A DNA stretch of 64,000 nt from Octopus vulgaris (GCA_951406725.2 OX597816.1:69130001-69194000), one strand, 5' to 3'. Counted from the stretch's first letter, positions 38,381 to 51,835 are shown. Numbers and translations: made by a program. Notes: a model not told the origin generated them from the letters alone.

Positions 38381-38599
38381 TCTGTTACATATTTTGAATA
38401 TTGTTATCACTAGCGATATCAAGATATAACTTTGTATTTTATGTGTAGATGTATATATTTATATAGATGTACATGTAATATGTACACATATATACATGCA
38501 CTAGCACTCTGACCCGGCAACGACGGGTAATAATGCTAGAATATATATATATATATTTCATATTCACTCGATTGGCCATGGTGGACCGCTGAAATCTAC

Positions 38600-38769
38600 A
38601 AGTTATTTTTTCAATCTTTCTCTGTTTATTTTCTCTTATTTCTTTCTGGTGGAGATGAGAGTAGGGTCGAAACGTAAATGACTTCTTCATTTTCCGGAGC
38701 ATCAAACTTATACACTTGGTTGTTGTTCATAAACCTGTCTTCGTCTTTTGTTTTTTTACAGATTTTAAC
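38600..38769 (+). mobile_element. Degenerate copy of the hammerhead-bearing repeat
   Basis: tctttctggtgga...gagagtagggtc-GAAACGTA-aatga, followed by gagcat..aaac..cctgtcttcgtcttttg like 27900-28066. Confidence 0.5.
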
Positions 38770-38789
38770 TACATATGTGTGTGTGTGTG

Positions 38790-39131
38790 TAACTCTATTC
38801 CATCGGTCACGAATGACAGTGAGTGCACCTAAGAGTTTCCCCTCCGCGGTACAAGTCTGGATGGGAACGCACAATCTAGGTTTGTTTTCATGGAAAACCA
38901 GCAGTCGCCCTCCCCTCTCCACGCAAGCGATATTATCCAAGGGAAAGGAAAAGGGGCCGATACAGCTTGGCACCTGTGATGTCGCAACTCATTTCTACAG
39001 GTGAGTGAACTGGAGCAACGTGAAATAATGTGTCTTGCTCAAGAGCACAACACGCAGCCAGGTCCGGGAATCGAACTCACAAACTCACGATCATAAGACC
39101 GACTCTGTAACCACTAAGGCATGCGCCTTCA
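38790..39131 (-). mobile_element. SINE family C variant
   Basis: Minus strand gaaggcgcatgccttagtggtta...gagttcgattcccgg...ttgtgctcttgagcaagacac. Same body as 59436-59635. Confidence 0.85.
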
Positions 39132-39649
39132 CGTGTGTTTTTGTGGGGGTTGTATACATACATACATGCATACACACATACATATATAAGAACACCATTT
39201 AGGTGCATAAATGATATCAGCATTTGGCAAACTTCGTTGATTTTACACTTTGGAAAATAACTCCTACTCAAAATTTCTACATGATAATTGTTATTACCTG
39301 TCCCTTATTACTAAAAAAATGACCATAAAATCATAGGCATAGCGTTCATTCAAATATAATTTGAATGTCGATTTTTATATCTTCCGCATATCAAAATATC
39401 GAATTGGGAACATGGTTAAAATTTAAATACATATGGCAAATAGTATTCCTCGATTTGGAAACGAATTCTTCAAAAGTATTTTGTTGCTGATGAACAGAGA
39501 CACACACCCAGAGAATAAAGGAATGGTAGATGAATAGCTCTTTGTTTATCAACACGCCATGTACGACTACAACGTTAGAAAACAGAGTGATTGCATCCCA
39601 GATAAGTAAATTAGACAATCATCAAATATCAATCATTATATTAGGTCTG

Positions 39650-39880
39650 AATTTGTTGGATACAGTTACAGGAAACAGCTAGCAATTAGCTGAAGCGTCC
39701 AGGAATAAAGATCTGGGTAATATACGTCGATGTGACAACTGATTTGAACCCTGTGAAATTAACACTGGAGATTTGATGCACAACACAAACACGAGGTACG
39801 TCGGAAAATATTCCAAGACAATCTTCAGTTGTAGAATGAGACCCTGGCTAAAATATGCAATGCAGTCTTCAGAAAATTAA
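39650..39880 (+). pseudogene. Highly decayed CR1-type RT C-terminal fragment
   Basis: KDLG and MRPWLKYAMQS resemble KDLGV and VRPHLEYAVQF. Frameshifted. Confidence 0.35.
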
Positions 39881-40144
39881 CAATGAAGATGAAAATATAT
39901 ATTCCAGTAACATAGCAGGTATACTCACTCATGTTATGAATGATTACAGGTAACATGCATAGATATAAACATGTTTTCCACACACACACATATATATATA
40001 TATATTTGATTTGATTTGAAAACCCCACTAGAATGGGAGAAAGCGCTAATAATCTGAATGATATGATATATATATGTAAAAAATGTAATATATAAATAAA
40101 TATCTATAAATATGAACCATCCGATCTTCTGATTACCTCATTTC

Positions 40145-40194
<50 letters not shown>

Positions 40195-40289
40195 CATTCA
40201 TACATAAAAATGCTTGCTGATTCCAATATATTATATATACTTTAAGACAACGAAAACTGAATTGCATCTGCCAATACAAACTATATGGA

Positions 40290-40461
40290 AGGACAGACAA
40301 ACGTTTTAAGTCGATTATATCGACCCCAGTGCGTAACTGGTACTTAATTTATCGACCCCTAAAGGATGAAAGGCAAAGTTGACCTCGGCGGTATTTGAAC
40401 TCAGAACGTAACGGCTACGCTTTTCGCTCGGCATGCTAACGTTTCTGCCAGCTCGCCGCCT
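40290..40461 (-). mobile_element. SINE B with partial Tx1-like tail
   Basis: aaggacagacaaacg...taagtcgattatatcgacccc...gccagctcgccgcc. Confidence 0.9.
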
Positions 40462-41179
40462 TCAGTAAATGAATATAGCATGCATATAAATGCTGATATG
40501 TACACATACGTACATAGTACAATAAATGAATAAAGTAGCATACATATATATGCATACATGTACACATACATGCATACATACATAAAGCACAAATAAACAC
40601 TATATATACATGCCTTCAAGCAAGGCAAGAGTACGACAGACAAAGAAATCACGTGCTATACATGATATCATTTGCACAGCACATATCACATATATTAAAT
40701 GAGTAAGATTAAGGACAAAGTAAACACCTATGCCAGACTAATAGAAACTATGCAGTTAGTCTAATCGAAATTCAGCTTTATATTTTACCTTTGATGCTTA
40801 ATCATTGCTGTAACATCAACCTGTGGATGCTGGAATGTACAAAGCTAGAAGGGGCATTGCTTCTAAAGAGATTGCATCTATAAGCCATCGATGGTATGCT
40901 GAAAATATGTGAAATGTTCATTCCAGAAGCTTAGAATATATTGGAAAGTCATACATACTTGTAGACATAAAACATTATGTTTGTACAAACAGAAATCTGT
41001 GCTTGCATGCAAACATACATACATACATACACACGCACACATACATATATTTACATACTGGCATACATGACCATAGCGTTGATGGTATCAAAGTGGCATG
41101 GAAAAAGATTAGTTTCAACGGTGGATGTTGTCTCTTTCTCTACTTGTGAGAAGTTATAGAAAGAAGAACGAGGGAATAC

Positions 41180-41259
41180 ATATACATATATATATATATA
41201 TATATATATTGGTAGATAGATAGAAAAGTATGATTAAAACAAAGATAAATCAATAGTTT

Positions 41260-41304
<45 letters not shown>

Positions 41305-41318
41305 ATATTTATGTATAT

Positions 41319-41372
<54 letters not shown>

Positions 41373-41506
41373 TATGTATATATATATATTGTGTGTGTTA
41401 TATATATATATATATATATATATAATTATTGTACATATATATTCATATATATTGTATATATATAATAATATGTATACATTGTATATATATATTCATATGA
41501 TATATG

Positions 41507-41542
<36 letters not shown>

Positions 41543-41621
41543 ATTGTACATATATATTCATATATATTGTATATATATAATAATATGTATACATTGTATA
41601 TATATATTCATATGATATATG

Positions 41622-41665
<44 letters not shown>
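41180..41665. repeat. (TA)n field containing a ~115 bp tandem duplication
   Basis: ttattgtacatatatattcatatatattgtatatatataataatatgtatacattg... at ~41426 and ~41541. Confidence 0.9.
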
Positions 41666-41667
<2 letters not shown>

Positions 41668-42639
41668 GAATATATAGATAGAAGTATATAAATACACACA
41701 CACACAAATATATGTCTGTTTTATAATATCCATTATAATTCAATTTTAAGAACTTTTTTTATACTCCATAAAATTTCCGTTACTACAAACTAGGGATTAT
41801 CTTCAGAAAATAGCATTTCCCAAAGAATTATATGGAAATATAATAAGAAGATTTATTTGTATATTCCTATATAAAATTTGATGTTATTTCTTTTGACATG
41901 AAACATTGTAGAAACTAAATTCCATTCCATATGTATTTCTGCGTGCTATTTTCTTGGGAAGTTCTTCAACCATCCATTTTTAAGGTAGAGCTAGTCCATT
42001 ATAGATTTAACTCTCCCATTGTTGTATAAATAATCATAGTTTGCACGAGGAAAGAAAAACGATTTCTTAAATATATATTGCGTTACTATGGTACCTGAAA
42101 ATCTTAGCCTTTTACCAGAATCGTGTAAGTGCAGTTGAAAGATAAACATGCGTTCCAGAAAATTAAGATTTACAACCGAACCATAGCCAATATTTTCTCA
42201 AAGAAACTACACATTTTAAGGAAACAGGTTGTCAGCATATTTCGTATGTGTCATGCATTATTTATATTATATTGTTATCATACGTGCTCTATTTGAAGAG
42301 TTTCTTTTGAAAAAAGTCTTCTCTGAAACCATGACAACTGGAGGGAAATTGTCCGGGAATTATCATTTATAGAAAATTATGGTTTCCGCATGGATTATTA
42401 GCTTTCATTTCGCATAAAACTCACTGAATTATACAGCTGCCCAGCAAAAGTATGTCCTTCCTTATAAACTTTGCTTCTCTTTGATACAATGTTAAGCTAG
42501 CAGCAGAGCTATTAGTAAATATTTAATACAGTTTCGTTTGAAATTAAACGCTCTTTGCCTACTTAGCTTAACATTATCATGTAAACTTTGAATGAATAAA
42601 TACGTGTGTATATATATATATATTATATATATATAATAT

Positions 42640-44200
42640 CTGTAGTTTCGGCTCAGAGCTGCGGTCATGCTGATGCACCGCCGTTTTGCTACACTGTTAA
42701 TACTGACAGCCTCCTCCAATATGTGGCACTTGGTAAAGAATGGAGATTGATAGGGCTACCCTCATTTGCACCTCTTACCGTGATGTAGGTTCATCTGGGA
42801 TTCTCGACATGAAGTCCAGCATTGAATTAAAAATTCCTACATCTACTTTGTGCAGGTTCCTCAGGCTCTTTGGGGGAATATCAAAAAGCTGTGGGCGCCT
42901 GAAACCCTGGCTGTCGAAGTAACTGGTCCTGAAGTGCGATGGCCTTGCTGGTATCTTTGGCACTATGCACTGCCGTCCCGTTCTAGCATTGTTGTAGCTT
43001 TCAATGCCAAATTTTGGCACAATTTCTTCAAGGATCTTCCAGATGTATATTACTGTATACCTCTCCCGCCTACTCTCCAGGGAGTAGAGTCTTAGCTGTT
43101 TCAACCTTTCCTAGTAGCTCAGCAGTTGCAAAGGGACGATCTTCTTTGTGAATCTTCTCTCGATTGCTTCAAGTTCCGCTGTTAATTTCACACTGTTGGG
43201 TGACCATAGCTGTAAGGAGTAATCCAGGAAGCTGAGGGTGAATGTCCTCTAGAGGACCATCATGGTTTCCTTATCTCTAGTTCTGAATAGTATCAGGATC
43301 TATCCAGCCAGTCGTCTGCACTTTGTCGCCATCCTGGTAATGTGCACTTGGAAAGAGGTATCATCACTCATGTCGATACCCAGGTCCCTCACCGATTTAG
43401 GCTCTGGGATTGAAATTTCCTGTGGATCAGTGTACCCTGTAATTTTCACATTCAGTTTTGGACTCTGGTAGGGCAGAGCTTGGAATTTCTCAGCATTATA
43501 CTGCATATTATTATCCTCAGCCCATCTGTTAATTGAGTCCAACTCCTGCTGCAGATAAGCAATATCGCTGGGGTTCTGTATTTTCTGCGAGACTTTCATA
43601 TCGTCTGCATAGCTTGCCAGAGTGGCTATCCGGGTTCTTGAGGACATATGTGAGAGGGCCACTATAAAAAGCAGTGGTCCTAAGACTACCTTGTGGAACA
43701 CAGCTCACTATTTGTGTTTCCATAGATGTGGCTCCATTAGCCACTACTGCCTGACTTCTATATTTCAGAAAGTCATGTAATCACTCTCCAAGTTTTCCAG
43801 ATATGCCGAGATCATGCAGTTTGTGGCATATCCTGTACATAACTCCATGTCCCCCTACATGGCCTTGCTTTTTGCTTTTTGAGCCAAAAAAATTAACTAA
43901 CTAACATATCATACAATAATCCACCTGTCAAAAGCTTTTGCAAAATCTAGGTATATTACGTCCACATTTGAGTTGTTGAGTAACTGCCTCAACACCCAGT
44001 CATAATGTTGTAAGAGCTGGGTCAGGCAGCTCCAACATGGTCGAAAACCATGCTAGATATCACTCAGCAACTTATTTTCTTCAAGAAATGCGATTAGTTT
44101 CCCTCTGACTATCCGTTCCATGACTTGCTGATGCGTGAAGTCAGAGAGATAGGCCTATAGGTTTTGGCATCTGCTCTGCTTCACCCTTTATGGATTGGGC
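42640..44200 (-). mobile_element. 5'-truncated CR1/L2-group LINE (RT pseudogene plus 3' UTR)
   Basis: YRPISLTS, HGFRP.WSCLTQLL, VDVIYLDFAKAFD, VPQG/VLGPLLF, YADD, VRDLGI and LYSLESRRERY motifs. Frameshifts and a ~80 bp insertion at 43835-43915. Confidence 0.92.
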
Positions 44201-44307
44201 ATATATATATATAACAGTGCATATATATGAATACATACACTTATTAGCATTCCGCTAATACATCTGTTGACTACACCATCCCTCTTCGTCTTTTTTTTGT
44301 GAATTCT

Positions 44308-44344
<37 letters not shown>

Positions 44345-44348
<4 letters not shown>

Positions 44349-44674
44349 CAAAATAACTCGTTATAAAATCTCAAGACGGTAGAAAGTAGTATCTTATACT
44401 AAACAGTAAAGCGAGTAGCTACATCAAATTGGCAGATGAATCTTACTACTAGTTTAACCACAGGTGGATTCTTCGCCAGCTTGTTTTCGGTGCAAGCTCT
44501 GCACCTTTTATATACAATATATCACTAGCAGAGCGAACCCCTACTACACCCAATAGCTGACAGGTTCGCGGGACCGGCTAATTTCCAGCTATTTGACTCC
44601 TATCAGCCACCAGGAGTTAAACTAGCAGTTACATTCATCTTTCACTTTGATGTGGCTACTCGCTTTACTGTTTA
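44345..44674. mobile_element. Fold-back Penelope-like element (family of 2971-3402)
   Basis: IR taaacagtaaagcgagtagc.acatcaaa (44400) / tttgatgtggctactcgctttactgttta (44674). ~55 bp tail. Minus-strand hammerhead remnant gtgg-CTGATAG-...-GAAAT-tagccg-GTC-ccgc at 44568-44610. Confidence 0.7.
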
Positions 44675-45328
44675 TATATATATTTATTAAAGTCCCTTTA
44701 ATAAATACAATGGTCGACAAATCCTATAGGTGCATGCACTGGCAAAAACACACCTTTCACTCATATGAATAATGATTAATATAGATAACCTCTTTGAATT
44801 TTAATAATATGGTCCCATTTATATATCACCCCATAGTCAATTTTTATACTCTTAAAGGACTACTACCCAATCTTTTGAAGTATGTCTTACCTTTGTCTCT
44901 CTACCTCGCCCTCCTCTCTCTCCCTCTCTCTATCGTAAGCACAATCAAACACAGACACAAACCTGTCACTTCACCACTGTCTGTTTTTGGCATCTACCCA
45001 ACCACACACACAATCACGCACACACATACACACACACATAGACATTAATGCAGTTATATACATACACACACATAGGCACTCATTCAGAAAAGAAAACAAC
45101 AAAATCACCATTCATATGACCTGTACCCTATCACCTTCCTACTCTTAGGCTTCTCTCCTCCAACCTTGTTTGAACCCTTGAACCTTCTAGAATCTTCTAC
45201 ATTCAACCATTTTTGACGTCACTGCTTATAACGGATTTTTTAAAGAAACACTCATTATCGCTATGGGCTCCGTGTGGGCAGTCATCTAAAAGTTTTTGTG
45301 CATCTTGATGCTGACATAAGTTCCTTGT

Positions 45329-45411
45329 TTTTCGTCATGAGAAGGCGGCATAATGCACCCCTTATTCCTTCGAAATTAGGAATATGCAGCCTTCGAAACA
45401 TATGTCGAAAA
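45329..45411 (+). ncRNA. Degenerate hammerhead motif in a probable Penelope-like 3' region (~44690-45596)
   Basis: ttttc-GTCATGA-gaaggcggcata...tatgcagccttc-GAAAC-atat-GTC-gaaaa. 5 bp stem I, 11/12 bp stem II, palindromic ACATATGT. About 185 bp upstream of (TA)n. Confidence 0.6.
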
Positions 45412-45593
45412 TAAAGGAATTTTGTTAATTCGTCGTTCAACTCCATTTATTTGTATATAAAAAAACACAAATTTCCACACGAAAGCACGTGATCTCTGCT
45501 CTAGGCATGTAACTTCAACCGTGTTTTTCTGACGTGAATTTGCTATCCAGGTATCGGTTAACCGAATTATCCATAAGATAATTCATTCAACTA

Positions 45594-45634
<41 letters not shown>

Positions 45635-45897
45635 GTGTGTGTGTGTGTGTGTGTGTGTGTGCCAGAAATATGCTTGTAGAGTTTATATAAATTAGTAAAT
45701 AGATGTAAGCGATTTTCAATTCTCTTTTCTTTTCACATATAGAAACTTGTGCTAGTGAAAGTTTAAGATATCGAAAGAATGAATGAATTGTATAGGTAGA
45801 CATGAAAAAATTTCAAAAACACAAAAACAAATGAATAACAAATATGAGCAAAAAATATCTATAAAAATATGCAAGATATTAAGACGAGAACTTTCGT

Positions 45898-46110
45898 AAG
45901 GTGGCAGAATCGTTATCACGGTGGATAACATTCTTTGCTTTGTCTCATCTGATTTTGGTTTCTGAGTTCAAATTTCGTTCAGTTTTACTTTCTGAGTTAA
46001 AATTCTCTCCGGTTTTAAAATTCTGTCCTGTTTTACTTTCTGAGTTCAAATGGTTGATTTTGCTTTTCGTCCTTTCGTAGGCGATAAACTAGGCACTTGT
46101 TGAGTTCTAT
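45898..46110 (+). mobile_element. Diverged SINE B with internal B-box triplication
   Basis: ttctgagtt(c/a)aaat occurs three times in 45960-46050. Confidence 0.65.
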
Positions 46111-47104
46111 AATAGACTGGTGGGGAACGAAAATTTCATATTTGCTGAGTGAATACACGAAAAGTGTTAGTTAAATGAATTCCTAGTCACGTTGAAGTAA
46201 AAACAAATGATCTACAACTTGAAGAACAACTATCAATACGATGAACACATTTTTTTTATTCCCTCGTAAAATATTTATAAAATTCCATAGTCTTTTAACT
46301 AGCCTTCTAACAGCATATTAATCGTCGTTTCCTATAATCGTCTTAGAAAAATTTACATATTTCTTTATATAATCCACTAACTCAAAATTCTCTTCATATA
46401 ACAGAAACATTGAGATCCTATCTTCTTTTTCTCGTAAGCCAACTCATATCAAGTCATTTGTACTTCAGCTTTAGTTTGTTTACGTTTAATACTGAGATGT
46501 GAAAGGCGTTTTATATATCTGTGTGTCCTCTTAATTCAACATAGCAAATAAAGTAATTACAATCGTTGCAATTTTTGGTACTCCTCACATCATATAAGAA
46601 ATTACTATGTAATTTTTTTTGTGTTTGATATTGCTTTATTGTTGGATTTCGGTTTATTTTTTTCGCCTAGAGATTGCTATATATTGTTAATTAGTTCATT
46701 ATCATACTGTCAGTGATTAACTCAAAATATGTGAAATAATGCAGCTGATTTTTGTAAGCCAGTTTATATCTAATATTTATACATACAAACACACGCATGC
46801 ACATACACGCATAACAAAGGCGATTTTTTTCAAACACACAATATATATGAATATACCTATAATGATCCTCAGATTCATAACAATGTTTACCTATAAAATT
46901 TATTAATCTTCCACATTTATTTTTCCGTCTAAGCTCCTACTTGTAAATCACACGTACACACTCACACATGCACGTACACAAGCAAACAAATACACATATT
47001 TGCTAGTGAGTGAATGTAGGTATGTACATATATCTATAGATAGATTGATTGATAGCCAGATATATAGATTGATATACACATATTTATCTGTATAACATAA
47101 ATAT

Positions 47105-47305
47105 TACTCTGGGTCTGCTACCGACATCTTCACCAACCAAGAACATTCTCATCAATACCACACCAATTACTATTATATCCCTCCCACGTTTCACACATTA
47201 TCCCCAGCACTGATCACGAACCTAGCCGCCAGCACTATATCTACGCTCTCCAATCGGTTTCTATATCTTTCCACCGAGATTTGTAGCCATCTTCCTACTC
47301 TTCCT
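47105..47305 (-). pseudogene. Possible L1/Tx1 APE endonuclease N-terminal remnant
   Basis: LESVDIVLAARFVISAGD...VGG...VADP resembles Tx1-type EN starts. Weak. Confidence 0.3.
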
Positions 47306-47787
47306 TTTATATATATGAAAGTAGAACAGAAGCGTCTGCCACACACAAAAAAAAAAAAATGATATAAATGCATTGACACAACGCATTCCTTTTTCCATAA
47401 ATTCAATGCTTAAAAACTAATACCTGTTAACACTCAGCAACAATATTTGGACTTACAGGAATATACGAATGTGCGTGCATATCTGCACGTGCGAGTATAT
47501 CTGTATGTATATCTGTGTGAGTGTGTGTGTATGCTTGTGCATGTGTGTGTAAGTGTGTGCGTTTGAGTTGCAGCAGGAACTGCGACAAAGATCACGTATA
47601 GGAATGTGCAACAAAAAATTTGACATCAAATGGTGAATAGTACAGTGAAGATAACAGTCAGCATACATGCTGACAAGCTGCAACGAATCTTCCACGATAA
47701 TATATATATATACAATAATCCCTCGACTACCGCACGTGTTACGTTCCAAAACTCCACGCGATTGGTGAAAATTTGCTATACGGGCAA

Positions 47788-47821
<34 letters not shown>

Positions 47822-47824
47822 TCT

Positions 47825-47980
47825 TGAGCACAACCAGCCAAAACTGCAAAGATAATCTGGAACTCGACTGACGAAAGAAAACTCCGAATGGCCCGTCCTT
47901 GTTTTTTTATGTCCCTTTTTGTATCATCCAACTGTCTGGATGTATTGCGTTCTTGTCCCATTCTTTTTATTCTTATTTAT
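47825..47980 (+). mobile_element. Short hammerhead-like repeat between microsatellites
   Basis: cga-CTGACGA-aagaaaactcc-GAA-tggccc-GTC. Tail cgttcttgtccca is also found at 26657. Confidence 0.35.
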
Positions 47981-48025
47981 ATACATATAGCGACGTAGGT
48001 ACACTTTGGTCTCTCATATGTAAGT

Positions 48026-48058
<33 letters not shown>

Positions 48059-48059
48059 A

Positions 48060-48607
48060 GACGCAAAGTAGCTACTTCTAAGATCTCTAAACGGGATATA
48101 TTAATAGTGACAATACTAGACAGTAACGTTTTTTGCCACTATAACGTGACACTGGAAGCCTGTCTCCTAGAAATGGCAGTCAATCATCCTTACTCACAAT
48201 ATATAAACAGAGAAGCGGTGGAGAGCCGCTGGTTTCGTAAGGATCAAAGTAGCTAGTTCTAAAATCTCTGCCACCTTTCTGTCTATATATTGTGAGTAGG
48301 GACAATTAACTGCCATCTCTAGCAGGCAGGTGTCTCGTACTGGTGAAGGGTAAAGACGCAGAAAACATGGTCTACTGGTCGTGCCAAGCTGGAGGGAAGT
48401 GATTCGCTCCCCTACTCATAATATATCGTACAGAGGTTGTGTGGCATTAACCAGTCGGAAAATACGCTTTCCTGGGCTTAAAATGTAGTAACATAGTTCT
48501 TTATAGAACAGCCATGTTATAGTGGCAAACAAACGTTACCGTCTAGTGTTGTTACTACTTATATCTCGTTTAGAGATGGTGTTTTCGGAACTGACTTTCT
48601 TGTCTGC
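48060..48607. mobile_element. Nested double fold-back element with 30 bp tail between TA tracts
   Basis: Outer IR 48083-48148 / 48513-48577. Inner IR 48159-48221 / 48271-48330. Direct repeat caaagtagcta.ttctaa.atctct at 48064 and 48245. Confidence 0.7.
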
Positions 48608-48649
48608 TATATATACATATATAATAACACACACACACCTTGAAAGGGT

Positions 48650-48950
48650 TTCAGTCAAACAAATCGACCTTAGGCCTTATCTTATTTTTTTTAAAGGCTG
48701 GTACTTGTTCTATCGATCTCTTGCCGAACCGCTCATTTACGACGTAAACACACGAATATCGATTGCGAAGCGGTGGTAGTGAACATAGACACAAAGAAAC
48801 ACGCACGTAGACATACACAAGCGCACACACACACATATATATACATATACGACTAGTCTCTTCCAGTCTTCCTCTACCAAACTCGCTCTTATAGTGAGAC
48901 TGAACCCAGAGCCATGGGGTTGGAAAGCAAGCTTCTTACCACACAGCCAC
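48650..48950 (-). mobile_element. Diverged SINE A
   Basis: gccgaaccgct, acgtaaacac, tctaccaaa and cttcttaccacacagccac motifs. Confidence 0.75.
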
Positions 48951-49357
48951 AGACATATATTTGTGTGAGTACACAATTATCTCAAGGTTATCCTATTGGG
49001 ACAGACATATGAGTGCCAGCGTTCCAGATATGGTCACATAGTATTTACTCTTTAATTATGTCACTAGTTTCATTTCGAGAACTGCAGCAATGCTGCGGCG
49101 GCACTCGTAGTTTATCGATCCATAGAAGCATTAAACATTTTGACCGTGGGTTTAATTTTTACCTCTTCTCTTCGAAAGTTGTGAGTGAGATTTAAAGAGC
49201 AATTTGTTTTATATTTTTAACTGGTCGATTGACCTTATTGATGCACTCCAGATCGTCAGATATATACAAGTGTACGTGCTTGTTTACAAATTTATCTGGA
49301 CATACGTATCTATTTACGTTTTTATACAGTATACTCACACACACACACAAAAAGGCA

Positions 49358-49362
<5 letters not shown>

Positions 49363-49404
<42 letters not shown>

Positions 49405-49686
49405 ATAAACGTATGTATGTATATATAAATAAACGTATGTATGTATGTATATATATATAAACGTATGTATGTATATATATATATATATATATATATAAAC
49501 GTATGTATGTATATATATATATATATATAAACGTATGTATGTATATATATATATATATATATATATAATACGTATAAACGTATGTATATATATATATATA
49601 TATATATAAACGTATGTATGTATATATATATATATATATATATATAAACGTATGTATATATATATATATATATATATATACGTATG

Positions 49687-49720
<34 letters not shown>

Positions 49721-49721
49721 G

Positions 49722-49760
<39 letters not shown>

Positions 49761-49789
49761 GTATGTATATATATATATATATATAAACG

Positions 49790-49826
<37 letters not shown>

Positions 49827-50066
49827 GTATATATATATATATATATATATATAAACGTATGTATATATATATATATATATATAAACGTATATATATATAT
49901 ATATATATAAACGTATGTATATATATATATATATAAACGTATGTATATATATATATATATATAAACGTATGTATATATATATATATATATAAACGTATGT
50001 ATATATATATATATATAAACGTATGTATATATATATATATAAAAACGTATGTATGTGTATATATAT
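49363..50066. repeat. Higher-order microsatellite [aaacgtatg(TA)n] repeated >20 times
   Basis: Direct inspection. Confidence 0.95.
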
Positions 50067-51803
50067 GTTCATAACACCTGTTGTTTTAATTTGTGAGATT
50101 TTGTTTATTTCAGTAGATTATAATCAAAGGCATTGAAGACTTATTCGTAGTGTATCATATGATAATCCCTTTCATCTCCGTTTTTACTATTATTTTTCGT
50201 AAAACAGTGGGGATTTGAATTGGACGAAATTATGCCGCTCCTTCCAACACGCCGTGGGAAAACAGTGTTTACCCTCTTTGGCTCACTAGAACACATTTCA
50301 AACTTTTTAAGTATTTCCTTTGATTTCAGTTTTATGGCTGCGTCTCGCGTACATTTCGCATAATTCTTCTTCATGAGAAGGAAAGTATATGGTTGGTGTA
50401 GCAGCCCTAGTGTCTAACACTGACAGGTGGAAAGTAAACGTTGTCACCAGAAGTGTTAAGCTGTCTGTAACCTTGATGCTTTTGTTCTCTAGATAAATAA
50501 ATAAATAATATATCAGCCTTCTATCGCCACTTCAAAAGCAATCAGCATTACTCACATCAACTATTTAGAGTAACATTTGTAATTCATAGAATTTTGTATC
50601 ATTTACTTCAACTCACTCTGAAAACATTTTTATTCATTATTTATAACCATAGAGATACCTTTATTGGACAGAACCATAAATCTAATTTAAAGAATTTTGT
50701 CTCTTGCTTATCTGACACTATACAGATTTTCTATATCTTCAATGAAAATTTATCTTCCATGATAGAAATATGTTGGCTATGATAAAAGGAAATAGGGAAT
50801 TCCGAAGAATATTTTGCGAATTCGATATAGCTTTGATAATTTCCCAAGACCGAGAGGAATCGGATAAGTTTGAATAAATGCCTCTTTGATGGGAATTATT
50901 TAAAAGAAAGAACCGATTATATCCGCCGAACAACTATCCACAAAAGGTATAGAAACGTGTTTGATTTGAATCTATCGATCTGGAAGACGAAAGCAACAAA
51001 GGGAATATATTTAGTGATACAGTCAGCCATGTGTCAATGGCGCTAAACTAGTCAATTTATATTTTAGAGTAAGATTTGATCTTGGTACTGTAGACGAGCA
51101 AAAGTACTTGACACTTTGTAGTGCTGAAGTATTTCTCTGCATATGTTTTCAGCAGAGATTTTCAACGTTGATTATGAAAACAGAAGGCCATTCAACATGA
51201 TTAATGATGACGTACAGTAATTACCTCCCACGTTGTGTCTCGGAGAGCAAGATATTCTTATAGTTCTAAAATGAAAGATAGAAAATAGGCTATATGTATA
51301 GCAATTTTGTAGCTTCTGCTTTTGTAATTTAGTCGCACTTTTGTTTTACGAATCATATCAATGAGTTCAAGGATACAAATTAAAAAATTGATAGAGCGCT
51401 TGATAAAATGCTTCGTGTGTCCCAATACACCACGCTTTGCTTTCAAATCCCTCCAATGCCGATTTGCTTTCAGCATTTTGGGGACAATAAAAAGTGCAGG
51501 TATTGCCTTGGGGTTAAGAATTTCGCTCAACAACCGTAGGGGTTGTGATTCAGTCCAGTTCTGCAAAACATTGGGCTAGTGTTTTCTACTATACATTCGG
51601 GGTAACTAACGCCTCTTTAGTGGATACTGTTTAATGTTTAAGACTGCAGACATTAAGCAAATTTTTACTTTCATAATTTACATGAACTTATATTGAAACA
51701 AGAGTTGCTACAGAAACAATTCTAACTGGTCAATTAAAAATGTGAATACATCTTTCTCTATCTTCTTATGAGGATTATATTTATCTATCTGTCTGCCTTT
51801 CTT

Positions 51804-51835
<32 letters not shown>

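Noticed and set aside
49400-50060. CRISPR-like repeat-spacer periodicity
   Set aside because: The spacers are only (TA)n, there are no cas genes, and the context is eukaryotic.
50739-50933. SSRSWEIIKAIS resembling a LINE linker region
   Set aside because: One short motif only.
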